Positions 1 to 10,411 of a stretch of 64,000 nt of DNA are shown in pieces (the first letter of the stretch is position 1; each line of letters begins with the position of its first letter). Source of the stretch: Aulosira sp. ZfuVER01 (GTDB taxonomy: Bacteria; Cyanobacteriota; Cyanobacteriia; Cyanobacteriales; Nostocaceae); the NCBI GenBank assembly GCA_034530615.2, contig JAVRCV020000033.1:64001-128000 (forward strand), written 5' to 3'. The notes below the pieces were generated by a model. It worked only from the letters and a program-made list of their open reading frames with translations, did not search any database and had not been told where the DNA came from. The position numbers were made by a program, and so were the translations under genes.

Positions 1-510
1 CTCGAACAATGATACGCCTGCTAGAGGTTGCACTATCCATCCTCGTTCCTGGCTTAATAGATAAGCCAAAGTCAAAAAATCCCACGGAAAACTCATCCCT
101 GCATGATTCATAGCCACAATAAATGGCCCTGTTTGCGGTAAATTTTCAACTTGGTGCAATTCCCCTTGAAAATAATATTTAACAATAGGAGCAAGAACTT
201 CTTCCCGAAAAGCTAATTGGTACTTTGGATCAAACTCGTCAACTTCTTTTCCTGGAGAACGACACCCAAGACGTAACCAACGAATCAGCAGCGCTAGATA
301 AAATCCCCCAGGTAACAAAAACAATATATATTCCAGCCAATTCCAACCATCTGGATCTGTATGATAATGCTGCCAGTGACGGTTAAATAAAATTAGCCAG
401 CCTGGAGGATACCAGAGACAAAACCAATCAAACCAGCTAAATTTATAGCTATCATTTGATGCTGTTTCTAGGTGAATATTGAATATTTTTTCAGAGCTTT
501 GATTGCCCAC
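1..510 (-). CDS. lysophospholipid/glycerol acyltransferase family protein (partial, runs off window start)
   Basis: Manual translation from GTG at 510 is open to base 1 and contains ENLPQTGPFIVAMNHAGMSFPWD (PlsC-type NH..D block); not in the ORF track. Confidence 0.8.
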   Translation of the reverse strand, partial: MGNQSSEKIFNIHLETASNDSYKFSWFDWFCLWYPPGWLILFNRHWQHYHTDPDGWNWLEYILFLLPGGFYLALLIRWLRLGCRSPGKEVDEFDPKYQLAFREEVLAPIVKYYFQGELHQVENLPQTGPFIVAMNHAGMSFPWDFLTLAYLLSQERGWIVQPLAGVSLFE

Positions 511-565
511 AGTGACTAACTAGGTGAATTATCTAAAAATAGATTAATTTGTTTATTGCCCATTA

Positions 566-653
566 TATAGCAGTAATATTTTATTTGTGAATTTACTCAG
601 AGAGATAGGCTATAAGCTATAGATTTTTTCATAAATCATTTAGGAACACCATA
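566..653. repeat. degenerate MITE-like element related to 30051-30144
   Basis: TATAGCAGT...ATTTGTGAA on the left and TTCATAAATCATTTAGGA on the right form imperfect inverted ends. Confidence 0.35.
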
Positions 654-777
654 TCATCTTTTAAAATTTTTAATTCGCATCCCACTCTAGACATAAGCTT
701 ATAAAATATATTTATTAATTTTATTGATCGGGCAAAAACTAAATTAATGATTTCTTTATCGGGTTCATAACAACTGT

Positions 778-1656
778 ATGTCAAATGACTTGTTTAGAAT
801 TGCAAATACTATACCTGCCTGTGTACCAGGTTGGTCATTAAAAGAGCGAGATGCTCAGTTTATTGAGTTGTTAATGCCTATATGGGAATGGTGTTACCGT
901 TACTACTTTCAAGTAAAAACTGACGGATGGCATTACATACCAACAGAAAGAAAAGTACTACTGGTTGGCTCTCATAATGGTGGAATGGCTTCTCCCGACT
1001 TGATAATGATGATGTACGATTGGTTTTCTAGATTTGGAACTCAGCGTTTGGTCTATGGTTTGATGCATCCTTACGCTTGGCAAGTAAGTCCAAAAATAGG
1101 TGAACTAGCTCAAAAATTAGGAGCCATTGTTGCACATCCAAAAATGGCTAATGCTGCTTTTGATATAGGTGCTAGCGTTCTAGTATATCCAGGAGGACAA
1201 TATGATATGTTTCGTCCTCACAGCCAACGCCATAAAATTAATTTGGCAGGAAATAAGGGCTTTATCAAGCTAGCTTTAAAACAAGAAGTTCCAATTATTC
1301 CTTTGATATCAGTAGGCGCTCATGATACGTTGATAGTTTTATTTGACTGTTATGATTTATTAAAACAATTGCATCATTGGGGATTGCCGTGGTTATATCA
1401 ATTAGACCCAGGAGTCTTTCCAATTTACTTAGGTTTACCTTGGGGCTTGGCTATTGGCCCTTTACCAAATATTCCTCTACCTGTCCCAATTCATACTCGT
1501 GTTTGTCATCCCATTATTTTTGAGCGATATGGCAAGGATGCAGCGAAGGATCGTGACTACGTGAATGCTTGTTATGAATTAGTTCATATACAAATGCAGC
1601 ATGAGCTAGATAAATTAGTGAGAGAGACTCAAAAATCTAATGGTCTGTCCCATTGA
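778..1656 (+). CDS. lysophospholipid acyltransferase family protein
   Basis: LLVGSHNGG, LVYPGG and KGFIKLAL..VPIIP acyltransferase blocks. Confidence 0.85.
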   Translation: MSNDLFRIANTIPACVPGWSLKERDAQFIELLMPIWEWCYRYYFQVKTDGWHYIPTERKVLLVGSHNGGMASPDLIMMMYDWFSRFGTQRLVYGLMHPYAWQVSPKIGELAQKLGAIVAHPKMANAAFDIGASVLVYPGGQYDMFRPHSQRHKINLAGNKGFIKLALKQEVPIIPLISVGAHDTLIVLFDCYDLLKQLHHWGLPWLYQLDPGVFPIYLGLPWGLAIGPLPNIPLPVPIHTRVCHPIIFERYGKDAAKDRDYVNACYELVHIQMQHELDKLVRETQKSNGLSH

Positions 1657-1671
1657 TTTTGATAGGCTGCA

Positions 1672-1704
1672 AGCTCCCCGACTTTTTGAAGAAGTCGGGG
1701 AGCT
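1672..1704. repeat. small palindromic dispersed repeat / terminator-like hairpin
   Basis: AGCTCCCCGAC-N11-GTCGGGGAGCT; near-identical core at 30071-30104. Confidence 0.75.
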
Positions 1705-1854
1705 ATTAGTATAACTGCGATCGCTTTTTCAACAACACAGCCACAAAAGTTATCTGATAACATTTCACACCCATTCTTCTGTTATTTGCATTTCAAAACA
1801 GAAATCTAACGAGCGCGATAATGCTTTATAGTACGATGATATAAGCATGAAAGC

Positions 1855-2709
1855 GTGAATACAAAACTCATCATTTCTCCTCAAGAACTCACGTCTGTGT
1901 TAGCAGAAAATTCATCACAAGCTGTAATTATCGATACGCGGAGTCAAGAAGAGTATGCTATTTCTCATATTCCTCACTCTATCAATATTAGAGATTTTTT
2001 TACCTATATTTTAGAGAATTCATACCCAGCAGGATTAAATAAATTGCAAGAGCATTTTAGTGAAATTCTCAGCAGGGTAGGAATATCTGGTGCAGAATGG
2101 TTAATTGTTTATGAAGACACTTTAAATCGAGGTTACGGTCAATCTTGTCGAGCAGCTTTCTTACTGAAGTATTTGGGTTGCGCTCAGGTATCTATCTTAC
2201 ACGGAGGATATAGAGCATGGCTCAGGGAAGGATTAGCTACTACTAATGAAGTACCATTACGTGAAAGTAGCTTATTTAGATTGCATCCCAACCCTGACAT
2301 GATGGTGACTACCACCGAGATGTTGCAAGCAATTGATAATCCTGCAATTATTAAATTAGATGTGCGCGATCGCGATGAATGGCTGGGATTGAGTTCTTCT
2401 CCATATACTCCTGATTTTTGTCCTCGTAAAGGTAGAATTCCTAATGCTGTGTGGCTAGAATGGCATCGTCTGATGACATCGGATTCGGAAATGCCCATGT
2501 TTCGCTCAAAAGCGGAAATCTTAGAAATTTGTGAATCTGTAGGTATTACTTCCGAATCTATTGTATATATTTACTGTTTTAAAGGTTCTAGGGCAGCGAA
2601 TACTCTGATTGCTCTGCAAATAGCAGGAATTTCCGCTCTTAATTATTTTGGCTCTTGGAATGAATGGTCTCGCAACTTTTCGCTACCGATTGATAGCAGA
2701 GTCATCTGA
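1855..2709 (+). CDS. two-domain rhodanese-like sulfurtransferase
   Basis: IIDTR..EY...HIP; LDVR..GRIPNA; active-site YCFKGSRA; C-terminal YFGSWNEW signature. Confidence 0.9.
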   Translation: MNTKLIISPQELTSVLAENSSQAVIIDTRSQEEYAISHIPHSINIRDFFTYILENSYPAGLNKLQEHFSEILSRVGISGAEWLIVYEDTLNRGYGQSCRAAFLLKYLGCAQVSILHGGYRAWLREGLATTNEVPLRESSLFRLHPNPDMMVTTTEMLQAIDNPAIIKLDVRDRDEWLGLSSSPYTPDFCPRKGRIPNAVWLEWHRLMTSDSEMPMFRSKAEILEICESVGITSESIVYIYCFKGSRAANTLIALQIAGISALNYFGSWNEWSRNFSLPIDSRVI

Positions 2710-2732
2710 AGAAGGCAACCCGAAATGGAGCG

Positions 2733-3533
2733 TTAGCCTTTGAAAAGGATATCGTACAGTGACAGCAAAATCTCCACCACAATGAGAATTACCACATACC
2801 ACTCTACTCGCTGACTACTACTATGCTGCATGAACTCCAGCACTGTTTGCGCAGTTTGGGAAATTAGCTCTAGTTTGCGTTCTAAGGCGTGGTGACGCTC
2901 ACGGATTTCGTATTCATCCTCCAAACGCAGATATAAGTTTTCTAGCTGTGGGTATTCCCACAGCAAGTCCGGCTTATCGATGATCTCTACTCGTCCCACA
3001 ATCTTATGTTGAACTAACAAAGTAGTACCGAGTTGACGCAGTAATTCCCGACTCTGGCGTGTACTTCTGTATTCACTCTGGAGACTAGCTGCAAACGGTT
3101 CAATTTGGTCGAATACAGTAGCTAGGCTAGTTTCATAATGAGATAGCACAACACTCTTAGCGAGAATATCAGCCACTATCTGTAAGCGTTCTACACTAAA
3201 ATCATGTAGCAAAATTTTTCCTTCCTTAACTCTTTCACTTTCCGCAAGTTTGAGCTGAACTTCCACTTCTTCTGTTTCTGGGTCAGCAAAAGAGTCACTA
3301 ACTTGAGAGGATAGTTTATTTAAGAAGGCTACCTTTTCTACAGGCTCAAGGTTAAACAGGACAACTGCACCATAGTCGAGCAGTACCGCACAGCCATGTT
3401 CACCTACTGTAACCATTACTGGCATAGTCGCCAAGCAAACGTAATTCTCCAATGTTTGTAGGTTAATCTTCTTACCAAGGAATAGGGCCTGCGCTCTAAA
3501 GCTATCTCTGTCATTAAAAAGGAGTTTTTGCAT
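2733..3533 (-). CDS. RMD1/DUF155 family protein
   Basis: YGAVVLFN, LAKSVVLSHYE, DKPDLLWE, EDEYEIRER..LERKL and C-terminal EWYVVILI TM helix. Confidence 0.85.
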   Translation of the reverse strand: MQKLLFNDRDSFRAQALFLGKKINLQTLENYVCLATMPVMVTVGEHGCAVLLDYGAVVLFNLEPVEKVAFLNKLSSQVSDSFADPETEEVEVQLKLAESERVKEGKILLHDFSVERLQIVADILAKSVVLSHYETSLATVFDQIEPFAASLQSEYRSTRQSRELLRQLGTTLLVQHKIVGRVEIIDKPDLLWEYPQLENLYLRLEDEYEIRERHHALERKLELISQTAQTVLEFMQHSSSQRVEWYVVILIVVEILLSLYDILFKG

Positions 3534-3688
3534 TGTCGCCCTATGCTATATTCTGCCTGTTAATCTGTGGTGGTAGCGATCGCAATTGATCCAGCATTGT
3601 TGGAAATCACTACAATCTCAGCTTACCAATGAAGAAGCTCCTACAAACAAATTGGAAATAGTACAAAAACGTGCTGATTTAATTTGTC

Positions 3689-3817
3689 TCAATCTGTCGA
3701 TAGTACGTGCAACAAAGTCAAGTTAGCTTGTAAAGCCTTCGCTAAGGCAAGTGCTTCCTCAAAAACACTCCTACGGCTAGTAGATTTGTCTAGTGCAACT
3801 AGTATTTTTTGCAACAT
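3689..3817 (-). pseudogene. universal stress protein (UspA) N-terminal remnant
   Basis: Translates MLQKILVALDKSTSRRSVFEEALALAKALQANLTLLHVLSTD*; typical USP start but only 42 aa. Confidence 0.7.
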
Positions 3818-4035
3818 ATTAGTTTGCCTCCAAACTATTTTGCTCAAGCTTTTAGCTACTGATGACGAGAGCGTTTGCTAATTAGCGATCGCTTTCACTT
3901 ATGTTTATAAGAAAATAATTTGAGGAAGTGGTGAAGGTATGGGGCAAAACCTGAACAAAGGTGGATGACCAAGCACAAAAACGGCGTTGCATCATCTAGA
4001 AATTTTTGTCTCTCAGTAGTTTTGAGTCAGCACAC

Positions 4036-4905
4036 TTAAAGTAGGCTTTGGGTTGCTGCCAATAAATCTTGATGAACCGATGGTGACGCAGCTATTATCA
4101 ATCCAGGCAGACTATAGTCTTGACAAGTATGTAGTGGCGGTAAAGTCGAGCCATCCAAAGTAGTGACAATACAGCCAGCTTCTTTGGCGAGGAAAGCGAG
4201 TGCAGCACCATCAATAAATTTGCCTGATTTGATAACTGCGCCACTCAAATCACCATTGAAAATACCGTTAAGATTAGGAATTTGAATGTCACTAGAGTAA
4301 TCATTTGCGACATCGATGACTTGATATAGTTCTTTGAGCGCAGGTGCTAACGAATCCATTCCCCATCCCAACAATATATAAGGTTCAGGGGATGCCACAC
4401 GCACAGGTGTACAGGCTTCTAAGTTCATCTCCAATATTCCTTGAAAAGCACCTTCACCGCGAAGAGCATAAAAATAAACATTTTCGGCAGGAGTAATTGC
4501 CAGTACTGCTTCAAATTCATCCCGACTGAGAATACTAAGAATAATCTGATAATTAGAATGTCCATCCATGTAAAACTTCGTCCCATCAATTGGGTCAAGG
4601 GTGATTAAATAGTCATGTTCTGTACCCAGTTCAGTAGCACGAAAATATTTAGTATTGCGAGAACTTTCATATTCTTCCCCATAAAAAGGGATTTCTGGGA
4701 AGTTCGCTAGTAATACTACTTCCACCAGATTTTGAATAGCCAAGTCTGCATCAGTCAGTGCCGCCGCAAAAAAGTTTTCGCCTTGTCCTTTGGCGGGAAG
4801 CACAGCAATTTTTGATTGTAGAGAACGGGCATAGGCTGCCGCGACTTTTAAATGCGGAAGTAAAGTCTCCAAAATCAGTCGAGCAGTTGGCGCTGTTGTA
4901 GCCAT
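4036..4905 (-). CDS. inositol monophosphatase family protein
   Basis: LTDADL, YGEE, LDPIDGTKFY motif, D.AA...EAG..VT. Confidence 0.9.
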   Translation of the reverse strand: MATTAPTARLILETLLPHLKVAAAYARSLQSKIAVLPAKGQGENFFAAALTDADLAIQNLVEVVLLANFPEIPFYGEEYESSRNTKYFRATELGTEHDYLITLDPIDGTKFYMDGHSNYQIILSILSRDEFEAVLAITPAENVYFYALRGEGAFQGILEMNLEACTPVRVASPEPYILLGWGMDSLAPALKELYQVIDVANDYSSDIQIPNLNGIFNGDLSGAVIKSGKFIDGAALAFLAKEAGCIVTTLDGSTLPPLHTCQDYSLPGLIIAASPSVHQDLLAATQSLL

Positions 4906-5007
4906 TGCAGTTTACACCCAGATAAAATCACGGCATTCAAATAATACCGTGAACTTGCTACTCAATTACTTTTCCCTAAATTTTTAGGCTCAATAATCTA
5001 GCAAATC

Positions 5008-6273
5008 TTAGTTGTTGGTTTGCGTTAAGCTTTTTAATTTAGAAGCTGTTTCTTCTGGTTTTCCGGCGAGAGGGAATACTAAAACACTCTTAATTGCATC
5101 ATTACCAACTAATTCTGGCAACCGATATAATTGGCGATCGGTAATAGCAACTCCTGCATAATTTTTGGCATAATTTAATTCTTCTTTGAAATTGGCCTCA
5201 TTATAAGCTTGGATAAATACTCGATCCACCTTCCAATTTTGCCAATCAGCCGCGAAATATCTTTTAGCCCAATAAGGATTATGGTGACAAATATCAAAGC
5301 TAACTCGATTGTTAGCTTTTTTCATCCCAGTTATCATTTGTTGTAAAAAGGTAGTTAAGTTAGCAGTGCGGTCAATTTTACCTGGTAATTCTGCATAATA
5401 ACCGAGATAATCATCCCATTGAACTGCATCAATTTTGGGATATTTTTGCACGAACTCTACTAAAATATTTTTAAATAAACTAGCAACTTCAGGAATCTGC
5501 ACATCAAGTACATAATGGTCGATACTTGCGTATGTTTTATCTACTCCAGGAACAATCCATTTCCGAGAAGTTGCTAAATCATAAATGGGGCTATTTTTAT
5601 CTATCTTAATACCCTTCTCAAAATAAGCATGAACTTGCATCCCTTGCTTGTGTGCTTCATCAATCAACCAATCTAACCATTTCTCTTGAAACTGATTTGG
5701 ACAACTTTTGTATCCTAGAGTTTGCTGCATAACGTCACTATTGTACATCGTACAACCATTACCCCACACACCATGAATAATTGTATTAAATCCTTGAGAG
5801 TGATAGTAACGAACTCTCGATCGAATCGTTTGTTCGTCAGCATTATTAGTAACTTGATAGCGACTCAAATAAATTCCTCTAATTATTTTTTTCTCCCAAG
5901 GAGTTTGAGGTAATGATATTTTTTCAGGTGTTATTTTAGGTGTTACTGTTTTCAGCGAATCTTGCTTATTAATAGGAGTAAGTTTTGAATTGCTTGATAA
6001 TGGAGTAGGAATTGAAGAGGTAGGTGTAGGATGTAAAATTGGAATATTTATTGGTTGATTTTTAGGTAAAAGGCTGCTGATATCCAGATTTACCTTATTC
6101 GTAAACCACCAATAACTACCTCCGAAGAACACAATAATTAAAGATATGGGAATATTAGAGCATCCACATCCATTTGGCTGTTTCTTTTGGCTAGGCATAA
6201 TAAAATGATTGATTAGTAATTTTGATATATAAGAATCCGATATAATCGGTTTTGAAAATCTATAATTTTTCAA
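5008..6273 (-). CDS. glycosyl hydrolase-like 10 (DUF187) protein with N-terminal anchor; true start may be MPSQKK at 6198
   Basis: RGIYL, GFNTII, DEAHKQGMQVHAYFE, YPKIDAVQWDDY; TM helix plus P/S/T linker. Confidence 0.75.
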   Translation of the reverse strand: MKNYRFSKPIISDSYISKLLINHFIMPSQKKQPNGCGCSNIPISLIIVFFGGSYWWFTNKVNLDISSLLPKNQPINIPILHPTPTSSIPTPLSSNSKLTPINKQDSLKTVTPKITPEKISLPQTPWEKKIIRGIYLSRYQVTNNADEQTIRSRVRYYHSQGFNTIIHGVWGNGCTMYNSDVMQQTLGYKSCPNQFQEKWLDWLIDEAHKQGMQVHAYFEKGIKIDKNSPIYDLATSRKWIVPGVDKTYASIDHYVLDVQIPEVASLFKNILVEFVQKYPKIDAVQWDDYLGYYAELPGKIDRTANLTTFLQQMITGMKKANNRVSFDICHHNPYWAKRYFAADWQNWKVDRVFIQAYNEANFKEELNYAKNYAGVAITDRQLYRLPELVGNDAIKSVLVFPLAGKPEETASKLKSLTQTNN

Positions 6274-6581
6274 TTACAATCTACTAAAAACTGTAATGAA
6301 AAATCCCCTAAGGGTGAATGACTAATGTAACACACTGTACTAACCCGATAATTGCTTGCGGCTGTCAATCACCTGTAAAGTTTTGTGGCACAAACCAAGA
6401 ACAAAGATCCCCGTCGCTATAATCCAGAACTACGCTTCACAACAAATCATCCTAAAATACGGCTATAAAATTTTTTGCGGTTTTCCCCTACCTGCAATAC
6501 GTTGTAAATTGATGCAGCGTAAAAACTTTTTGTAATACAATAAGCATATATTTGTAGTATACTACTCTTAGTCACAATCAA

Positions 6582-7133
6582 ATGAACGATTCTCGCTTAA
6601 TCAAAATCAGCAAGTTTCTGAGTAAACATCTGCGACATAAACCAGAAGATATTGGCATAAAACTTGCCCCTGGTGGTTGGGTTGCTATTAATGAACTACT
6701 GACTGCTTGTGCTAAAAACAAGTTTCCGATTACCCATGAGGAATTACAGCTAGTAGTAGAATGCAACGATAAACAACGCTTTTCTTTTGATTCTACAGGC
6801 ACTCTGATTCGTGCAAACCAAGGACACAGTGTAGAAGTTGATTTGCAATTAGAACCTGTTGTGCCTCCGGATGTACTTTATCATGGTACAGCCACAAAAT
6901 CTGTAGAGTTAATTTTACAAACCGGACTAAGCAAAATGAATCGACATCATGTGCATTTATCAAAAGATATTGCTACAGCCCAGAATGTGGGTGCAAGGCA
7001 TGGAAAGCCAGTTGTTTTAGTTGTTGATTCTGCGGCAATGCATCAGGCTGGCTACATCTTCTACTGTTCTGATAATAGTGTTTGGTTAGTAGATAATGTC
7101 CCACCTGAGTATTTACAATCTCACAGTAGCTGA
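6582..7133 (+). CDS. kptA: RNA 2'-phosphotransferase (Tpt1/KptA)
   Basis: SKFLSKHLRH, KQRF, IRANQGHS, LYHGT, R.HVHLS, WL...VP motifs. Confidence 0.95.
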   Translation: MNDSRLIKISKFLSKHLRHKPEDIGIKLAPGGWVAINELLTACAKNKFPITHEELQLVVECNDKQRFSFDSTGTLIRANQGHSVEVDLQLEPVVPPDVLYHGTATKSVELILQTGLSKMNRHHVHLSKDIATAQNVGARHGKPVVLVVDSAAMHQAGYIFYCSDNSVWLVDNVPPEYLQSHSS

Positions 7134-7268
7134 ACACACTTTAGCCGCTTGGGGTAGAAGTGCTAGTGCTTTAGTGAATAGCCAGTTCCACTAGTTGGAA
7201 GATTGCGATCTGTTAAATCAACTGTTTTTTCACTGCTCTCTAATGCGAAATTGCAGTTATTGAACATT

Positions 7269-7574
7269 TTAGTTGTCACGAACAATATACTGTTTCGCAG
7301 GTAAATTATCTGCAAGTAGTTCTATCTTTCCCTGAGCAACCAAAGTTTGATAAATTAAAGCTGTAATCTCTCCTCTAGTGGCAGGTTTACTAGGATTAAG
7401 AACTTTGGTATTTGGATAGTTAACCACTATATTTTTTTGGGTTGCCGCTGCTACATCTCCAACTGCATATTGCGGAATTCTATTAGCATCTGCGTGGGTA
7501 TTAGTAAGAATAAATGATGCAGGACGATTAAAATTTGCTGCCACTGTCTTTTGCTGAGTTTTTGAATAACCCAC
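7269..7574 (-). pseudogene. S-layer homology (SLH) protein C-terminal fragment
   Basis: IPQYA..VAAATQKNIVVNYPN..LNP.KPATRGEI.ALIYQTLV is a single SLH repeat with no N-terminal part. Confidence 0.6.
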
Positions 7575-8000
7575 AGCATTAGCTGGTAGAGATTTAGTGG
7601 AGAAATTTCTCCTATAATCAAAAATACTACTACAGGATGATTCTACTTATTACTTTAGATATAGATAATGCAACCTTAATTCAAATTATTAAAATTACAT
7701 TGCTTTATTAATGATTAATTTTTAGGTAATAATATTCAATTTAAGCAATAACAATCTCAAGCTGAGATTGGAGAGAAAAATATAGCGAAGTTCTCCACTA
7801 CTTTTCCACCATTTAGATTTAACATCAGCATCATAAGAGGAAACAACAAAAGAAAACTTGCTTTTATAATCTTTTGTACTAACCAAATTATCAGTTATTT
7901 CACAGCAATAATTGAGTAAAAATACATTTTAAAAAAATATTTCTTTGGGTAGTAGAGTTATCACCTGAAAAAACAAGATGGTTAGCTCTAGGAGGTAAAA

Positions 8001-8414
8001 ATGTGTCAACTCATTATCCAAGTACCGCAAAGAAACGGAAAAGCAGTTATTGATATTGCTAAATCTCATAACGGCTCAAACTTTGCACGCTTTGAAGGTT
8101 ATGTAGACGAAGCGATTGATGTGGTGATGGTTCATATTTCTAATCGAGAAGTCAGGAAAGTTATAGAGGAATTGCAAGACTTGCCCAAAGTACACATTAC
8201 GCTCATACCAACTGGTGCGATCGCTTTGCAACCACCTGCATCCCAAGTACCGCAACAAGTTGTAGATGTAGAGAAACGCAGTCCGATTGAAATTTTTCTT
8301 TCTGGCTTGCAAAGTGTTGGCTCTTGGTGCGGCTTTCTGGATTATGTTGCAGTTGCAGGCTTTGTAGTTTGGATTGGTTTGTATTCTAATACAAGTTACT
8401 TGCTGTCCAAATAA
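8001..8414 (+). pseudogene. truncated DUF389-type membrane protein (N-terminal part)
   Basis: M.QLIIQVP...RSPIEIFLSGLQSVGSW..F...WIGLYSNTSYLL ends abruptly in an STRR-like AAATCT/AAATCC run. Confidence 0.55.
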
Positions 8415-8450
8415 ATCTAAAATCCAAAATTGAATGAGTGAGGAAAGTTA

Positions 8451-9458
8451 ATGAATGCAGAAATCTCCACAGCTTGGGACAAGGTTCAAAGCATGATCGA
8501 CGGTTTCATCGCTTTGCTACCGAACATGGTCTTAGCGTTGATTGTCTTTCTAGTGTTTTTATTTGTTGCCAGCAGAATTAAGGCAATGGTCCAGCGGTTA
8601 ACTCGCAACCGTCGCTACGCTCGGAATCTAGGGTTAGTGTTAGGAAGGTTAGCTCAAGGGGTAATAATTCTGATTGGGTTATTTATTGCCCTTTCCATTG
8701 TGATTCCTACATTTAGGGCTGGTGATTTGGTTCAACTGTTAGGGATTAGTGGTGTAGCAATTGGTTTTGCCTTCCGCGATATTTTGCAAAACTTCTTAGC
8801 TGGGATTTTAATTTTACTCACTGAACCTTTTCAAATTAATGACCAAATAGTATTCAAAAATTTTGAGGGAACTGTAGAAAATATTGAGACACGCGCCACA
8901 ACCATCAGAACCTATGATGGTCGGCGGATTGTGATTCCTAACTCTGAATTATTCACCAATTCTGTGACTGTAAATACTGCCTTTGAAAGCCGTCGCTTAG
9001 AGTATGATGTCGGCATTGGTTATGGTGATGATATCGACCGAGCCAAGCAATTAATCCTCGAAGCAATGCATGGTGTAGATGAAGTGTTGTCAGATCCTGC
9101 ACCTGATGTATTGGTAATGGACTTAGCTGAAAGTACGGTGAATATCCGTGCCCGTTGGTGGATCAAACCACCAAGAAGGGCTGACGATCTAACTTCACGC
9201 GATCGCGTACTCACTGCAATTAAGAAAACCCTCACCGCCAATGGCATAGATTTGCCCTTCCCAACACAACAAATTTTATTTCACGACCAAACCGAAGAGA
9301 CAGATGGCGATCGCTCCTGTCAGCGTGAAGGTTGGCCTGCTGGTAATCGTAAAGTACCAAAACCTCGCCGCATCAGCGATTCTCTGAGGTTTCTGGCGCA
9401 AAAACGTTCCTCTAATGATGGGAATGGCAAAATAGATTCTCAATTTGACGAACAATGA
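8451..9458 (+). CDS. mscS: small-conductance mechanosensitive channel
   Basis: GVAIGFAFRDILQNFLAG, PFQINDQI, EGTVENI..R.T.IRT.DG..IVIPNS. Confidence 0.9.
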   Translation: MNAEISTAWDKVQSMIDGFIALLPNMVLALIVFLVFLFVASRIKAMVQRLTRNRRYARNLGLVLGRLAQGVIILIGLFIALSIVIPTFRAGDLVQLLGISGVAIGFAFRDILQNFLAGILILLTEPFQINDQIVFKNFEGTVENIETRATTIRTYDGRRIVIPNSELFTNSVTVNTAFESRRLEYDVGIGYGDDIDRAKQLILEAMHGVDEVLSDPAPDVLVMDLAESTVNIRARWWIKPPRRADDLTSRDRVLTAIKKTLTANGIDLPFPTQQILFHDQTEETDGDRSCQREGWPAGNRKVPKPRRISDSLRFLAQKRSSNDGNGKIDSQFDEQ

Positions 9459-9711
9459 GAAACGTTAAGTTAAGCAAGCTTTGGGATCGGCTGCACTAAG
9501 CAGACATCAATAGAAAAACAGATGAAAAGTATAACTTGGCGAGGATATCGAGCGATCGCTGGCTTTGATAACTTGATAGGTTGTTATCGGGCGTTGCGAT
9601 CGCTTATTTTTTTTCAAAATTACTTACAAATAGTTATATACATCACTCTGAATACTAAAGCCTTTTTCCTATAAAGCAATATGACCATTATTGCTGTCAC
9701 CAATTATCAAT

Positions 9712-10287
9712 TCAGCTTGCCCATCTTACCAATTGTTGCTCCAAAAGTTGTACAGAACCGATCGCAATTTGAATTAAAGGCCAGCCTACTAAACAGATAA
9801 ATACTGCTTGTTGAGTGGTAATATCTAATCCTTGGCGCACTGCAACAATTACCGCTAATAAACTCCACACCGCCAAGATTAGCTCAATTGGTCGTCCGAG
9901 CAAGGGAATCAGGGTTAAAAAATTCAGTACTTGCGGTGCATAGGCAAAGCCTATGGGAACAAGCAAGTCACCGTAAGTAGGATCAATGGGTTTTAGCCAT
10001 TGCCCAATTTTCCAAATGGTGAATGTCCAAAAATAGTATCCAGCAACAACAGCGATCGCATCAATCAAAATACCTGTTAAAAGTACAAAAATTTTAGCGC
10101 GATTGATTAATAAAATTACGCCACTACCTAGAGCATGAGAAACAGCAGCCAAAATTACAATGCTTAGAGCTAACCTCCGGTTTCGCTTTGTATTATGAGC
10201 ATTTTCATAGAAGTTGCCGTTTAAAGCTAGAGCATACCGAAGTGTACTACACAAACTTGGCTTTGATTTGATTTTATTCGTACTCAT
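9712..10287 (-). CDS. YIP1-like membrane protein
   Basis: About five TM helices; GFAYAPQVL..L; VAVRQGLD. Confidence 0.65.
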   Translation of the reverse strand: MSTNKIKSKPSLCSTLRYALALNGNFYENAHNTKRNRRLALSIVILAAVSHALGSGVILLINRAKIFVLLTGILIDAIAVVAGYYFWTFTIWKIGQWLKPIDPTYGDLLVPIGFAYAPQVLNFLTLIPLLGRPIELILAVWSLLAVIVAVRQGLDITTQQAVFICLVGWPLIQIAIGSVQLLEQQLVRWAS

Positions 10288-10411
10288 TTTTTCTAACTAA
10301 TGAAGGATGACAAATGATCGCCAAAAGCAGGATTTTATAAAATAAGCCATCAAACATTGAAAGCCTTAAGCTCAATAATACTTTACTAACTATATAAAAC
10401 AATAATCTCAA

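Noticed and set aside
3684..3881. 65-aa + strand ORF
   Set aside because: Antisense of the USP remnant
6327..6340. GTA-N8-TAC NtcA-like site
   Set aside because: No -10 box at the usual ~22-nt spacing on either strand; a 6-base match is expected by chance many times in 64 kb
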